Source of the DNA: Accumulibacter sp.
GTDB lineage: Bacteria > Pseudomonadota > Gammaproteobacteria > Burkholderiales > Rhodocyclaceae
Assembly (NCBI RefSeq): GCF_032229525.1
Contig: NZ_JAVTWB010000049.1
Coordinates: forward strand, 2,315-66,314
Length of the DNA: 64,000 nt
Direction of reading: 5' to 3'
Shown here: piece by piece, positions 1-11,282 of the stretch
How positions within the stretch are numbered: the stretch's first letter is position 1
How the letters are laid out: every line of letters starts with the position of its first letter
Notes under the pieces: generated by a model
Databases searched by the model: none
The model's input: only the letters and a program-made list of their open reading frames with translations
What the model was told of the DNA's origin: nothing
Program-made: the position numbers and the translations under genes

Positions 1-344
1 GGGTTGAACTTCGCCCGTTCGGCGATGCCGCCCGAAATGATCGCCGGAATGGCGGCCGCAAAGGTGAGCAGGAAGAAGAACCTGGTCAGCTCGAAGCCGT
101 TCTTTGCCAGCAAGGTGTCGGCGCCGTGGAAAAAATTGGTGCCGTAGGCCAGGCTGTAGCCGACGAAGAAATAGGCGATGGTCGATACCGAGAAGTCGGT
201 AAGGATTTTCACCAGCGCGTTGACCTGGCTCTTCTTGCGGACCGTACCGAGTTCGAGAAAGGCAAAGCCGGAGTGCATGGCCAAGACCATGATGCCGCCG
301 AGCAGAATGAAGAGAACGTCGCTACCAGACTTGAGAACTTCCAT
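1..344 (-). CDS. amt: Ammonium transporter (Amt family), N-terminal part; runs off the window edge
   Basis: Not in the ORF track. Manual minus-strand translation from the ATG at 344 (GGAGG RBS at 348-352) gives MEVLKSGSDVLFILLGGIMVLAMHSGFAFLELGTVRKKSQVNALVKIL...FAAAIPAIISGGIAERAKF, with the Amt motifs GFAFLE and IISGxxAER. Confidence 0.93.
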   Translation of the reverse strand, partial: MEVLKSGSDVLFILLGGIMVLAMHSGFAFLELGTVRKKSQVNALVKILTDFSVSTIAYFFVGYSLAYGTNFFHGADTLLAKNGFELTRFFFLLTFAAAIPAIISGGIAERAKFN

Positions 345-376
345 GGTTCCTCCTGAAAATCTTGTGGAAGCCACCA

Positions 377-392
377 AGCAAGTTCCGCGCCA
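377..392 (-). promoter_or_regulatory. sigma54 (-24/-12) promoter of amt
   Basis: The minus strand reads TGGCGC-GGAAC-TTGCT, matching TGGCAC-N5-TTGCW, about 33 bp upstream of the amt ATG. Confidence 0.8.
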
Positions 393-443
393 ACGCTAAT
401 TGGTGCGCACCACCGGCGATTCGAGAGTGATCAACCCCACCGG

Positions 444-492
444 CGCACTAGTATGGTGCGGAAGCGGGCTTGGCAAGCACCGTGATGGGGCT
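444..492. promoter_or_regulatory. Tandem NtrC-type enhancer sites
   Basis: CGCACTAGTATGGTGCG (444-460) and AGCACCGTGATGGGGCT (476-492) resemble TGCACCA-N3-TGGTGCA. They are 32 bp apart and lie about 86 and 118 bp upstream of the predicted start site. Confidence 0.7.
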
Positions 493-520
493 CGATGCAC
501 CAGTTTCCGCCGCGCCTGGG

Positions 521-1753
521 CTATTCTGGTGCGGCGCCCGGTGGCAGGAGAACCCACATTTGTCCCTGCTGTTTCATCCGCCCGGCCTGCGTACCCGCCG
601 TCGCCCCGAAGCCCCAGAAGAAGTCGGCGCGGACGACGCCGCGAATCGCACTGCCGGTATCCTGCGCGAGCATCAGGCGGCGCAGTGGCGTCGTGGTCGC
701 GGGTTGCGTAGTGGACAGGAAAACGGGAGCACCAAGGGGAACGTGGGCAGGGTCGACGGCGATGCTTCTCTCGGGTGTCAGCGGCACCGCCAGGGCGCCA
801 CTGGGGCCGTCGCCTTCGCCGCCTTTGAGCGCTTGCTCGCTGAAGAAGACGTACCTCGGGTTGGCGTTCAAGAGATCGGTGAGTCGGCTCGGGTTGGCCC
901 GCGCCCACTCCTTGATGCCTTGCATCGAGGCCTGGTCGAGGGTCAACTCGCCGCGCTCGACCAGTAGTTTGCCGATCGACTGATAGGGGTGACCATTCTG
1001 GTCGGCGAAAGCCAGGCGGACCATGCTGCCATCCGGCAGCTTGACCCGCCCGGACCCTTGAATCTGCAGAAAGAACAGCTCGATGGGGTCGTCGACCCAC
1101 AGCAGGACGCGGTCGCTGTAAGCCTGCTCCCGGCTGTTGATCTCCGCTCGCGAAAAATAGGGAACGACCTTGTTGCCTTGCAGGCGACCGCGCAGGCGCA
1201 GGTTCTTGAGCTCTGGCTGCACCGAGCCCAGATCAATGCTCAGCAGATCGGGCGGCACGCCGAGCACGGCTTGCAGATAGGGTTTGCCGCGTGTTCGCGA
1301 GCCGCGCAGCAGGGGCTCGTAGTAGCCGGTGACCATCCCTTGCGAGTTGCCATCGGGGTTGGTCAGCAGCCAGGGCTGCAAGCGCGCCTCGAAGAAATTG
1401 CGGATGGCGGCTGTCGACGGCGCCGGCAATGCCTTCGCCTGCTCGCAGGCGGTCCGCCACAGCGGCCATTGCGGGCGCTTGGCCAGCGCCCGGCACGATT
1501 GCAGGAAGGCGGGCCAGGCGGCGCGCAGGTCGTCTTCTGTCCAGCCCGGCAGCTCACTCCAGCGTGCGGGCTGCAGGGGTTTGAAGCGTGGTGTGGGCGT
1601 CGCCGGGGTCGCTGCCGGCTCGCATGGCTGGCACGCCGGGCAAGCGGGACAGTCGCCTTGCGGCGCTTCGCGTTTGGTGCCGCAGGCGGTGAGCAGCAGG
1701 GCAAGCAATGCAGCGGCAAGAACAGCGAAGCGGCGCGGTTGGCTTTTGAGCAT
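521..1753 (-). CDS. mltA: Membrane-bound lytic murein transglycosylase A (lipoprotein)
   Basis: Lipobox LLTAC; TGYYEP, FFLQIQGSG, NPRYVFF and QDTGSAIRG..RADFFWG (3D domain) motifs. Confidence 0.95.
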   Translation of the reverse strand: MLKSQPRRFAVLAAALLALLLTACGTKREAPQGDCPACPACQPCEPAATPATPTPRFKPLQPARWSELPGWTEDDLRAAWPAFLQSCRALAKRPQWPLWRTACEQAKALPAPSTAAIRNFFEARLQPWLLTNPDGNSQGMVTGYYEPLLRGSRTRGKPYLQAVLGVPPDLLSIDLGSVQPELKNLRLRGRLQGNKVVPYFSRAEINSREQAYSDRVLLWVDDPIELFFLQIQGSGRVKLPDGSMVRLAFADQNGHPYQSIGKLLVERGELTLDQASMQGIKEWARANPSRLTDLLNANPRYVFFSEQALKGGEGDGPSGALAVPLTPERSIAVDPAHVPLGAPVFLSTTQPATTTPLRRLMLAQDTGSAIRGVVRADFFWGFGATAGTQAGRMKQQGQMWVLLPPGAAPE

Positions 1754-1800
1754 GGTTTGGCTAGAGTGTCGGGTTTGTCACCCGCCGAGTATACCGTCCG

Positions 1801-2760
1801 ATGACTGACCCTTTCAGGCAACTTGCGAGCTTTCTGGTTCGCGCCGAGAAGTTCCTCGATCGACTCGAGCCCTTGTTGCCACCGGCGTCGCCGGTGCCCG
1901 ACTGGGCTGCCGCCAACGCCTTCCGCTGGCGCAAGAGCCGCGGCACCGGCTACCTGCAGCCGATCACCCGCTTACCGGAAATACAGCTCGCCGATCTGCA
2001 CGACATCGATCAGCAGAAGGCACGTATCGACGCCAACACGCGTCATTTCGTCGCCGGGCAACCGGCCAACAACGTCTTGCTCACCGGTTCACGCGGCTCG
2101 GGCAAGTCGTCACTGATCAAGGCGCTGCTCAATGCTTACGCGGCGGCGGGCCTACGCGTCATCGAAGTCGAAAAGGGCGACCTGATCGATCTGCCGGACA
2201 TCGTTGACCTGATCGACGGGCGGCCGGAGCGCTTCATCATCTTCTGCGACGATCTTTCCTTCGACTCCGGGGACGCGCGCTACAAGGCGCTGAAGGTCGT
2301 CCTCGACGGCTCGATCTGTGCCCCGCCGGAGAACGTGCTGATCTACGCCACTTCCAACCGCCGCCACCTGATGCCCGAGTATTTCGCCGAAAACCTCGAC
2401 AGCAAGCGGGTCGGTGAGGAGATCCATCCGGGCGAAGCGATCGAGGAAAAGATCTCCCTCTCGGAGCGCTTCGGGCTGTGGATTTCCTTCTATCCCTTCG
2501 ACCAGGACGCCTACCTGAACATCGTTGCCCACTGGCTGAAGTCTTTCGGTTGCCGCCAGGAGGAAGTCGCCCGTGCCGAACGTGATGCGCTCAACTGGGC
2601 GCTCGAACGCGGTTCGCGCAGCGGCCGCGTCGCCTGGCAGTTTGCTCGCGACTGGGCGGGTCGGCATCTCGCTGCAGCAGACCGTCCACGGCGCCAGCGC
2701 ACTCCTTCGGTGCGTGCGGGCGCGGCGCCGTCCAGAAAACGTCCGGCAGGCGCGCCGTGA
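1801..2760 (+). CDS. DUF815-family AAA+ ATP-binding protein
   Basis: Walker A GSRGSGKS, FCDDLSF, YATSNRRHL, EKISLSERFGLW and RSGRVAWQF. Confidence 0.9.
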   Translation: MTDPFRQLASFLVRAEKFLDRLEPLLPPASPVPDWAAANAFRWRKSRGTGYLQPITRLPEIQLADLHDIDQQKARIDANTRHFVAGQPANNVLLTGSRGSGKSSLIKALLNAYAAAGLRVIEVEKGDLIDLPDIVDLIDGRPERFIIFCDDLSFDSGDARYKALKVVLDGSICAPPENVLIYATSNRRHLMPEYFAENLDSKRVGEEIHPGEAIEEKISLSERFGLWISFYPFDQDAYLNIVAHWLKSFGCRQEEVARAERDALNWALERGSRSGRVAWQFARDWAGRHLAAADRPRRQRTPSVRAGAAPSRKRPAGAP

Positions 2761-2797
2761 GTCGCTCGCTCTGCCTGCCTGCAGCGCCGGTCGGCAG

Positions 2798-3775
2798 ATG
2801 ACGCCCGTCGCCGCAGCCACCACCAAGGTCAGCAAAGTTACCGAAGTCGCCGCGGCGGTCCTGTTGCGTGGCGACCCGGCGGCGCCGGAGTTTCTCCTCG
2901 CGCAACGCCCGCCGGGGAAGGTCTATGCGGGCTACTGGGAATTTCCTGGCGGCAAGCTCGAACCCGGCGAGACGTCGTTCGAAGCACTGGTGCGCGAATT
3001 GCAGGAAGAGCTTGGCATCACGGTGGATCAGGCCTGGCCGTGGCTCTGCCGTGAGTTCAGCTATCCGCACGCCACCGTACGCTTGCGTTTCTTTCGCGTC
3101 AGCTCGTGGCACGGGGTGATCTCCCCGATCGAGCACAGCGCCTTCGCCTGGTTGAAGGTCGGCGAGCCGGCGAGCGTCGAGCCGATCCTGCCCGCCAATG
3201 GGCCGATCCTGCGCGCCCTCGATTTACCGCCGCTGTATGCGCTGAGCAATGCCGAAGAGAATGGGCCGGCAGCGGAATTGGCTCGCATCGAGCGCGCGCT
3301 GTCAGGGGGGCTGCAGCTGCTCCAGATACGCGACAAGTCCTTGGCGCCCGCTGAGCGCCAGCATTTTGCACGGGCAGCCGTGGCGGCGGCGCGCCGCTAC
3401 CAGCGGGCCCGCGTGCTGATCAACGACGATGCGGAACTTGCCCGCATGGTCGGGGCCGACGGGGTGCATCTGTCGTCGCAGCGGCTCTGGCAGGTCGATC
3501 GACGGCCGGATTTCGAATGCGTCGCCGCTTCCTGCCACAGCGCCGCCGATCTCACCCGGGCGGCGGAACTCGGGCTCGATTTCGTCGTCCTTGGTCCGCT
3601 ACTGCCGACGCCAAGTCACCCCGGCTCGAGTGGCATCGGCTGGCCGCAGTTCTCGGCGCTGGTCGAACGCTCGCCGCTACCGGTTTATGCGCTGGGTGGG
3701 CTGCAGCCCGAAATGCTTGAAACGGCCTGTACTGCGGGCGGGCACGGCGTCGCGCTGATGCGTGGCTGGCGCTGA
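2798..3775 (+). CDS. Nudix (MutT-like) hydrolase fused to a thiamine-phosphate-synthase-like domain
   Basis: Nudix box WEFPGGKLEPGETSFEALVRELQEELG, followed by the ThiE-like motifs QIRDK, INDD, GVHL, ASCH and YALGG. Start placed at the ATG at 2798. Confidence 0.9.
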   Translation: MTPVAAATTKVSKVTEVAAAVLLRGDPAAPEFLLAQRPPGKVYAGYWEFPGGKLEPGETSFEALVRELQEELGITVDQAWPWLCREFSYPHATVRLRFFRVSSWHGVISPIEHSAFAWLKVGEPASVEPILPANGPILRALDLPPLYALSNAEENGPAAELARIERALSGGLQLLQIRDKSLAPAERQHFARAAVAAARRYQRARVLINDDAELARMVGADGVHLSSQRLWQVDRRPDFECVAASCHSAADLTRAAELGLDFVVLGPLLPTPSHPGSSGIGWPQFSALVERSPLPVYALGGLQPEMLETACTAGGHGVALMRGWR

Positions 3776-3797
3776 GCTGATTTCCAGCCGCCACTGC

Positions 3798-4595
3798 TCA
3801 CGGGCTACCGGGGCAGTCGTTCGGGACGATCAACTGTCGTGCCGAGGGCGAGCCGACCGAGATCGCGGATGCTGAAGTCAGGGTGATCGCGGTCGTCAGT
3901 GGCTCGGTGAGAGCGCATTGCGCTGTTTCGACCAGGCGGTCGCCCTGCAGCGCGATGATGCGCAGCCGGCGACGGGTGGTGTCCGGGACCAGCAGCTGCA
4001 TGCGGCCAGCGATGGAAAGTGCGGTCGACAGGCCCAGCTCGGTTGAGCCGAAGACGTGATTTGAAAAGCCCGGCAGCGCGGCACCCTCGACCAACTGCTT
4101 GCCGCTCCGCCGGTAGATCTTCAGCGTGCCGCTGATATGCGGCGTGCTCACCACCGCCAGCTCGGCCTGCCCGTCGCCGTCGAGGTCGGCAACGCCGACC
4201 GGGTTCAGCCAGCGCATCGGCATGCCGATCGCCGGCGATTGAGCGTCTATCTCCAGGTGGCCCGCGCGTAAGCGAATCAGCACCAGCCGCGCGCCGCTGT
4301 CTCGCCGGCTGACGATGGCCAGGATCTCCTCCGGCTCGTTGGGCGCCAGCCGGACCAGGCGTGGCGTCAGATCCTCGAACACCTCGTTTCCGGGCAGTTC
4401 CAGTGCGAGGCTGCGGCCATGGTCGGTGGTCGCTGTCAGGCGTGCGTATTCGTGTGGCCGGCCAAGCGCGAAATGCCCATAGCGATCGACCGGCGCCGAA
4501 TACTGCGCGGCAGTGATCGCTTCGGCGCCGGCTTCAAAGGCGACCAGCGCGAACAGGAGGGGGACGACGGAAAGGAGCTTGCGCTGCCGTCCCAT
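3798..4595 (-). CDS. Secreted VCBS/FG-GAP-repeat protein, function unknown
   Basis: Signal peptide (MGRQRKLLSVVPLLFALVAFEAGA), the motif GVADLDGDGQAELAVV, and a GGAGGG RBS before the ATG at 4595. Confidence 0.7.
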   Translation of the reverse strand: MGRQRKLLSVVPLLFALVAFEAGAEAITAAQYSAPVDRYGHFALGRPHEYARLTATTDHGRSLALELPGNEVFEDLTPRLVRLAPNEPEEILAIVSRRDSGARLVLIRLRAGHLEIDAQSPAIGMPMRWLNPVGVADLDGDGQAELAVVSTPHISGTLKIYRRSGKQLVEGAALPGFSNHVFGSTELGLSTALSIAGRMQLLVPDTTRRRLRIIALQGDRLVETAQCALTEPLTTAITLTSASAISVGSPSARQLIVPNDCPGSP

Positions 4596-4608
4596 CGCCC
4601 CTCCGCCA

Positions 4609-6611
<2,003 letters not shown>

Positions 6612-6615
<4 letters not shown>

Positions 6616-8795
6616 GGCACCCATTCGAGGAACACCGCACCGAGCGGTGGCAGGGTCAGGCTGATCGACAACTCCCGACCGTGCGCCGATACCTGCTCCG
6701 CGTGTACCCCATCTGACCCGTTGCCGACATTGCTGCCACCATAATGCTCGGCGTCGGTATTGAGGCGCTCGCAATACTTGCCGGCCATCGGCACGCCGAT
6801 CCGGTAGCCCTCGCGAACAACCGGCGTGAAGTTGCCGACATAGAGCATGGCGCGCGAACGATCACGCGTCCAGCGAACGAAGGCGACGATCGAAGTGTCT
6901 GCGTCGTCGGCGGCGATCCACTCGAAACCAGCCGGTTCGAAATCAACCTCGTGCAGCGCCGGATGGCTGCGGTAGAGCTTGTTGAGATCGCGGATCAGGT
7001 TGCGTACGCCGTTGTGGGTCGGGAAGTCGAGCAGCGCCCAGTCCAGGGAACCTGCATCATTCCACTCGCTCCACTGGCCGAACTCGCCGCCCATGAACAG
7101 CAGCTTCTTGCCCGGATGTGCCCACATGTAGCCGTACAGGGAGCGCAGGTTGGCAAACTTCTGCCAGGGGTCGCCGGGCATCTTGTTGATCAGCGAGCCC
7201 TTGCCGTGCACCACTTCGTCGTGCGACAGCGGCAGGACGAAGTTTTCGGTGAAGGCGTACATCATGCCGAAGCTGAGCTTGTTGTGATGGTACTTGCGAT
7301 GCACCGGGTCCTGGGACATGTAGGCGAGGACGTCGTGCATCCAGCCCATGTTCCACTTGTAGTGGAAACCCAGGCCACCCATCGACGGCGGGCGGCTGAC
7401 CGATGGCCAGGCGGTCGACTCTTCGGCATGGGTATCGGCAGAGGGGTGCTCCTGGCCGAGGACCTCGTTCACCCGGCGCAGGAAGGCGACGGCCTCGAGG
7501 TTCTCGCGGCCGCCATGGACGTTCGGCACCCACTGTCCCTCGGAGCGGCTGTAGTCACGGTAGAGCATCGAGGCGACGGCATCGACGCGCAGGCCATCGA
7601 CACCGTAGCGCTCGATCCAGAACAATGCATTGCCGATCAGGAAGTTGCTCACCTCACGGCGGCCGAAGTTGTAGATCAGCGTGCCCCAGTCCTGGTGCAT
7701 GCCTTCGCGCGGATCCTGATGTTCGTAGAGCGGCGTGCCGTCGAAGCGGGAGAGGCCGTGCTCGTCGGTCGGGAAATGCGCTGGCACCCAGTCCACGATC
7801 ACCCGCAGTCCGGCCGCGTGACAGTCGCTGACGAACTGGCGGAAGCCCGCCGGGCTGCCGTGACGGGCGGTCGGTGCGTAGAGCCCCAGTGGTTGATAGC
7901 CCCAGGAGCCATCGAAGGGATGCTCGGATATCGGCAACAGCTCGAGATGGGTGAAGCCAAGGTCGACGACGTAGGGAATCAGCGTTTCGGCGAGGCGCTG
8001 CCAGTCCGGGAAGCCGCCATCGTCGGTTCGCCGCCACGAAGCCAGATGCACTTCGTAGACCGACAGCGGGGCGCCGAGTTGTTCGCCGGCCGGTATCGGG
8101 GCCGGTTCCACGGGTGGCGGCAGGGCACAGACCACCGAGGCCGTCGATGGCCGCAGTTCGGCTTCGAAACCGTAGGGGTCGGCCTTCAGCGGCAGCAGGT
8201 GTCCGTGACGAGAGCGTATTTCGTACTTGTAGCGCGCGCCGGCAGTCACGCCTGGCAGGAAAATCTCCCACACCCCGGCTTCCCGTCGCAGACGCATCGG
8301 GTGACGGCGACCGTCCCAGGTATTGAAGTCGCCGACCACGCTGACGCGCTGTGCGTCGGGCGCCCAGACTGCGAAAGCGGTACCGGCAACGCCATCGATT
8401 TCCGTCAGGTGCGCACCGAGACGCTCGAAAGGTCGCAGATGCGAGCCTTCGGCGAGCAGCCAGACGTCCATATCGCCGAGCACCGCCCAGAAGCGGTAGG
8501 GGTCATCGGTTTCCTGGACGCCGTGCTCCCAGGTGATGCGCAGGCGATAAGCAAAATCGTTGCGCCGGCGGGGAATGACGCCTTCGAAGAAGCCTTCCAC
8601 GCCTTCGACGTCGCGCTGGGCGAGTTCGGCGACCTGCTTGCCGGTCTTGGCGTCCAGTACGGCAACCGCACGTGCGCCTGGTTGCAGGCTGCGGACCCAC
8701 AGTTTGTCGTCGCTGTCGGTGTGCATGCCGAGTACGGCATAAGGGTTGCCGTGCTCTGCCCGGCAAAGGGAAATGATCTCTGCATTGTCAATCAT
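6612..8795 (-). CDS. glgB: 1,4-alpha-glucan branching enzyme
   Basis: FAVWAP, YEVHLASW, SWGYQP, DWVPAHFP, DGLRVDAVASM, AEEST and LPLSHDEVVHGK. Confidence 0.97.
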
Positions 8796-8806
8796 CTGCG
8801 AGTTCC

Positions 8807-11263
8807 TCAGCTATTGGTGAGTGTTTTCAGGTTCCAGGTATCGTCGGCATAGTCGCGAATCGTCCGGTCGGCCGAGAAGGGGCCCATTCCGGCGACGTTG
8901 AGGATGGCCTTGCGCTGCCATTCGGCGGGCGTCAGATAGAGCGCGTCAACACGCTTCTGGGTGGCTACGTAGTCGGCATAGTCGGCGAGCAGCAGGTAGT
9001 GGTCGCCATAGTGCACCAGGCAGTTGAAGACGTCGTGATAGCGCGAGCGTTCCCCGGGCGAGAAGAAGCCGCCGTCGATCTTGTCGAGGGCTTCCTTGAG
9101 CGCCGGATCGTTCTGGTAGATGTCGTTGGGCTGATAGCCCGCTTTCCTGATTGCTTCGACCTGTGGGGTGTTGTTGCCGAAGATGAAGATGTTCTCGGCG
9201 CCGACCTGGTCGCGAATCTCGATGTTGGCGCCGTCTTCGGTGCCGATGGTCAACGCGCCGTTGAGCGAGAGCTTCATGTTGCCGGTGCCCGAGGCTTCGG
9301 TGCCGGCGGTGGAAATCTGCTCCGAGAGGTTGGCTGCCGGCATGATCAGCTCGGCGACGGAGACGCCATAGTTGGGGATGAAGACCACCTGCAGCAAGTC
9401 GCGGGTTCTCGGGTCGTTGTTCACCACCGTCGCGACATCGTTGATCAGCCGGATCACCTGCTTGGCCATGTGATACGACGACGCCGCCTTGCCGGCGAAG
9501 ATCACGCTGCGTGGCGCAAGGCCGTCGCTTTTGCCGTCCAGCAGCGCGTTGTAGCGGGTAATGACGTGCAGCACGTTGAGCAATTGCCGCTTGTATTCGT
9601 GGATCCGCTTGACCTGCACGTCGAACAGGCTGTCCGGGTCCAGGTTGACGCCGGTTTCGCGCGCGACATAATTGGCCAGGCGCAGTTTGTTGCTTCGTTT
9701 GGCGGCCTCGAAAGACGCACCGAAGGCGGTATCGTCGGCACTGGCGCGCAGCCCCTCCAGGCGGTCGAGATCGAGGCGCCAATCCTTGCCGACGCGTTGG
9801 TCGATCAGCGCCGACAAGCCGGGGTTGGCCTGCGCCAGCCAGCGCCGTGGCGTGACGCCGTTGGTCTTGTTGTGGAAACGTTCGGGGTAGAGGCGGGCGA
9901 AATCGGCAAAAATGGTCTGCACCATCAGGTCCGAATGCAACTGCGAGACGCCATTGATGCGGTGGCTGCCAACGATGCTCAGGTGCGCCATGCGCACGCG
10001 CTTGTCCTTTTCGTGGCCATTGCCGTCGTCGATCAGGGACACCCTTCGCATCAGGTCGATGTCGCTTGGGTAGAGGCGGACCACCTCGTCGAGAAATTCC
10101 TGGTTGATGCGGTAGATGATCAGCATGTGCCGTGGTAGCACGCGCTGGATCAGGGTCACCTTCCAGGTTTCCAGAGCTTCCGGCATCAGCGTGTGGTTGG
10201 TGTAGGAGAAGATGCGCCGACACTGATCCCAGGCGGCATTCCAGGTCATCTTGTGCTCGTCGACCAGCAGGCGCATCAGCTCCGCGACGCCGATCGCCGG
10301 GTGGGTGTCGTTGAGGTGGATGGCGATCTTTTCCGACAGATTGTCGAAGCTGTCGTACTCGGCAAGATGGCGGTCGAGGATGTCCTGCATCGACGCCGAG
10401 ACGAAAAAGTACTCTTGCCGCAGACGCAGTTCGCGGCCCGCGGAAGTGCTGTCGTTGGGGTAGAGAACCCAGGAGATGTTTTCGAAGCGGTTCTTCAGTT
10501 CGGCGGCACGCTGGTAGTCACCGGTATTGAAGGCGCCGAGATCGATCTGCGATGGCGCCGCCGCTTTCCACAGCCGCAAGGTGCTCACCCGCTCGGTGCC
10601 ATAGCCGGGTATGACGTGGTCGAACGCCTTGGCTTCGACCGAGTCGGCAGGATTCCACTCGGCCCATTCGCCGTGGTGTTCAGCGGTGCCACCAAAATGG
10701 ACCGTAAAGTGCTTGCTGGCGCGCGGGAATTCCCACGGCGAACGATCCTGCACCCAGGCTTCCGGCTTCTCGACCTGCTGGCCGTTGACGATCGACTGCG
10801 CGAACATCCCGTATTCGTAGCGCACGCCGTAGCCCCAGGAGGGAAGCCCCAGGGTGGCCATCGAATCGAGAAAGCACGCCGCCAGGCGCCCCAGGCCGCC
10901 GTTGCCGAGCGCAGCATCGGGTTCGCATTCCATCACTTCTTCAATCGACGGGCCTGGCGGGGTGAACACCGCGGCCGCGGAGTCGCGAAGATCGAGTGCC
11001 GACAAGGCGTTGTTCATGGCCCGGCCGATCAGGAATTCCATCGACAGATAATAGACCCGCCGCGCCTTGTTCTGGCGGTCGGCGTGCTGGGTGTCGACCC
11101 AGCGCTTGGCCAGCTGCTCGCGCGCCACCTGCGCCAGGGCATGGTAGAACTCGGCCTTGCTGGCGACCTCCGGCTCGGTAGCTACCTGGCAGAGCAGCTT
11201 GTGGTCGATCTGCGAGCGCAGCGCTTCGCTTTCGGGTTTGGCTTGAGTGGCATCGGATTTCAC
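8807..11263 (-). CDS. glgP: Glycogen/maltodextrin phosphorylase
   Basis: YYLSMEFLIGR, LGNGGLGRLAACF, HLNDTHP, KTNGVTPRRW, QVKRIHEYKRQ and EASGTGNMK. GTG start at 11263, with a GGAG RBS 7 nt upstream. Confidence 0.96.
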   Translation of the reverse strand: MKSDATQAKPESEALRSQIDHKLLCQVATEPEVASKAEFYHALAQVAREQLAKRWVDTQHADRQNKARRVYYLSMEFLIGRAMNNALSALDLRDSAAAVFTPPGPSIEEVMECEPDAALGNGGLGRLAACFLDSMATLGLPSWGYGVRYEYGMFAQSIVNGQQVEKPEAWVQDRSPWEFPRASKHFTVHFGGTAEHHGEWAEWNPADSVEAKAFDHVIPGYGTERVSTLRLWKAAAPSQIDLGAFNTGDYQRAAELKNRFENISWVLYPNDSTSAGRELRLRQEYFFVSASMQDILDRHLAEYDSFDNLSEKIAIHLNDTHPAIGVAELMRLLVDEHKMTWNAAWDQCRRIFSYTNHTLMPEALETWKVTLIQRVLPRHMLIIYRINQEFLDEVVRLYPSDIDLMRRVSLIDDGNGHEKDKRVRMAHLSIVGSHRINGVSQLHSDLMVQTIFADFARLYPERFHNKTNGVTPRRWLAQANPGLSALIDQRVGKDWRLDLDRLEGLRASADDTAFGASFEAAKRSNKLRLANYVARETGVNLDPDSLFDVQVKRIHEYKRQLLNVLHVITRYNALLDGKSDGLAPRSVIFAGKAASSYHMAKQVIRLINDVATVVNNDPRTRDLLQVVFIPNYGVSVAELIMPAANLSEQISTAGTEASGTGNMKLSLNGALTIGTEDGANIEIRDQVGAENIFIFGNNTPQVEAIRKAGYQPNDIYQNDPALKEALDKIDGGFFSPGERSRYHDVFNCLVHYGDHYLLLADYADYVATQKRVDALYLTPAEWQRKAILNVAGMGPFSADRTIRDYADDTWNLKTLTNS

Positions 11264-11282
11264 GCAAATACTCCAGTAGGTT

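Noticed and set aside
1754-1800. Leaderless promoter for the DUF815 gene (TATACC 5 nt before the ATG)
   Set aside because: No acceptable -35 or extended -10 element, so support is too weak.
6744-10138. Long plus-strand ORFs opposite glgB and glgP (702 aa, 379 aa and others)
   Set aside because: These are antisense shadows caused by high-GC codon bias. They have no motifs or RBS, and the opposite strand carries clear genes.
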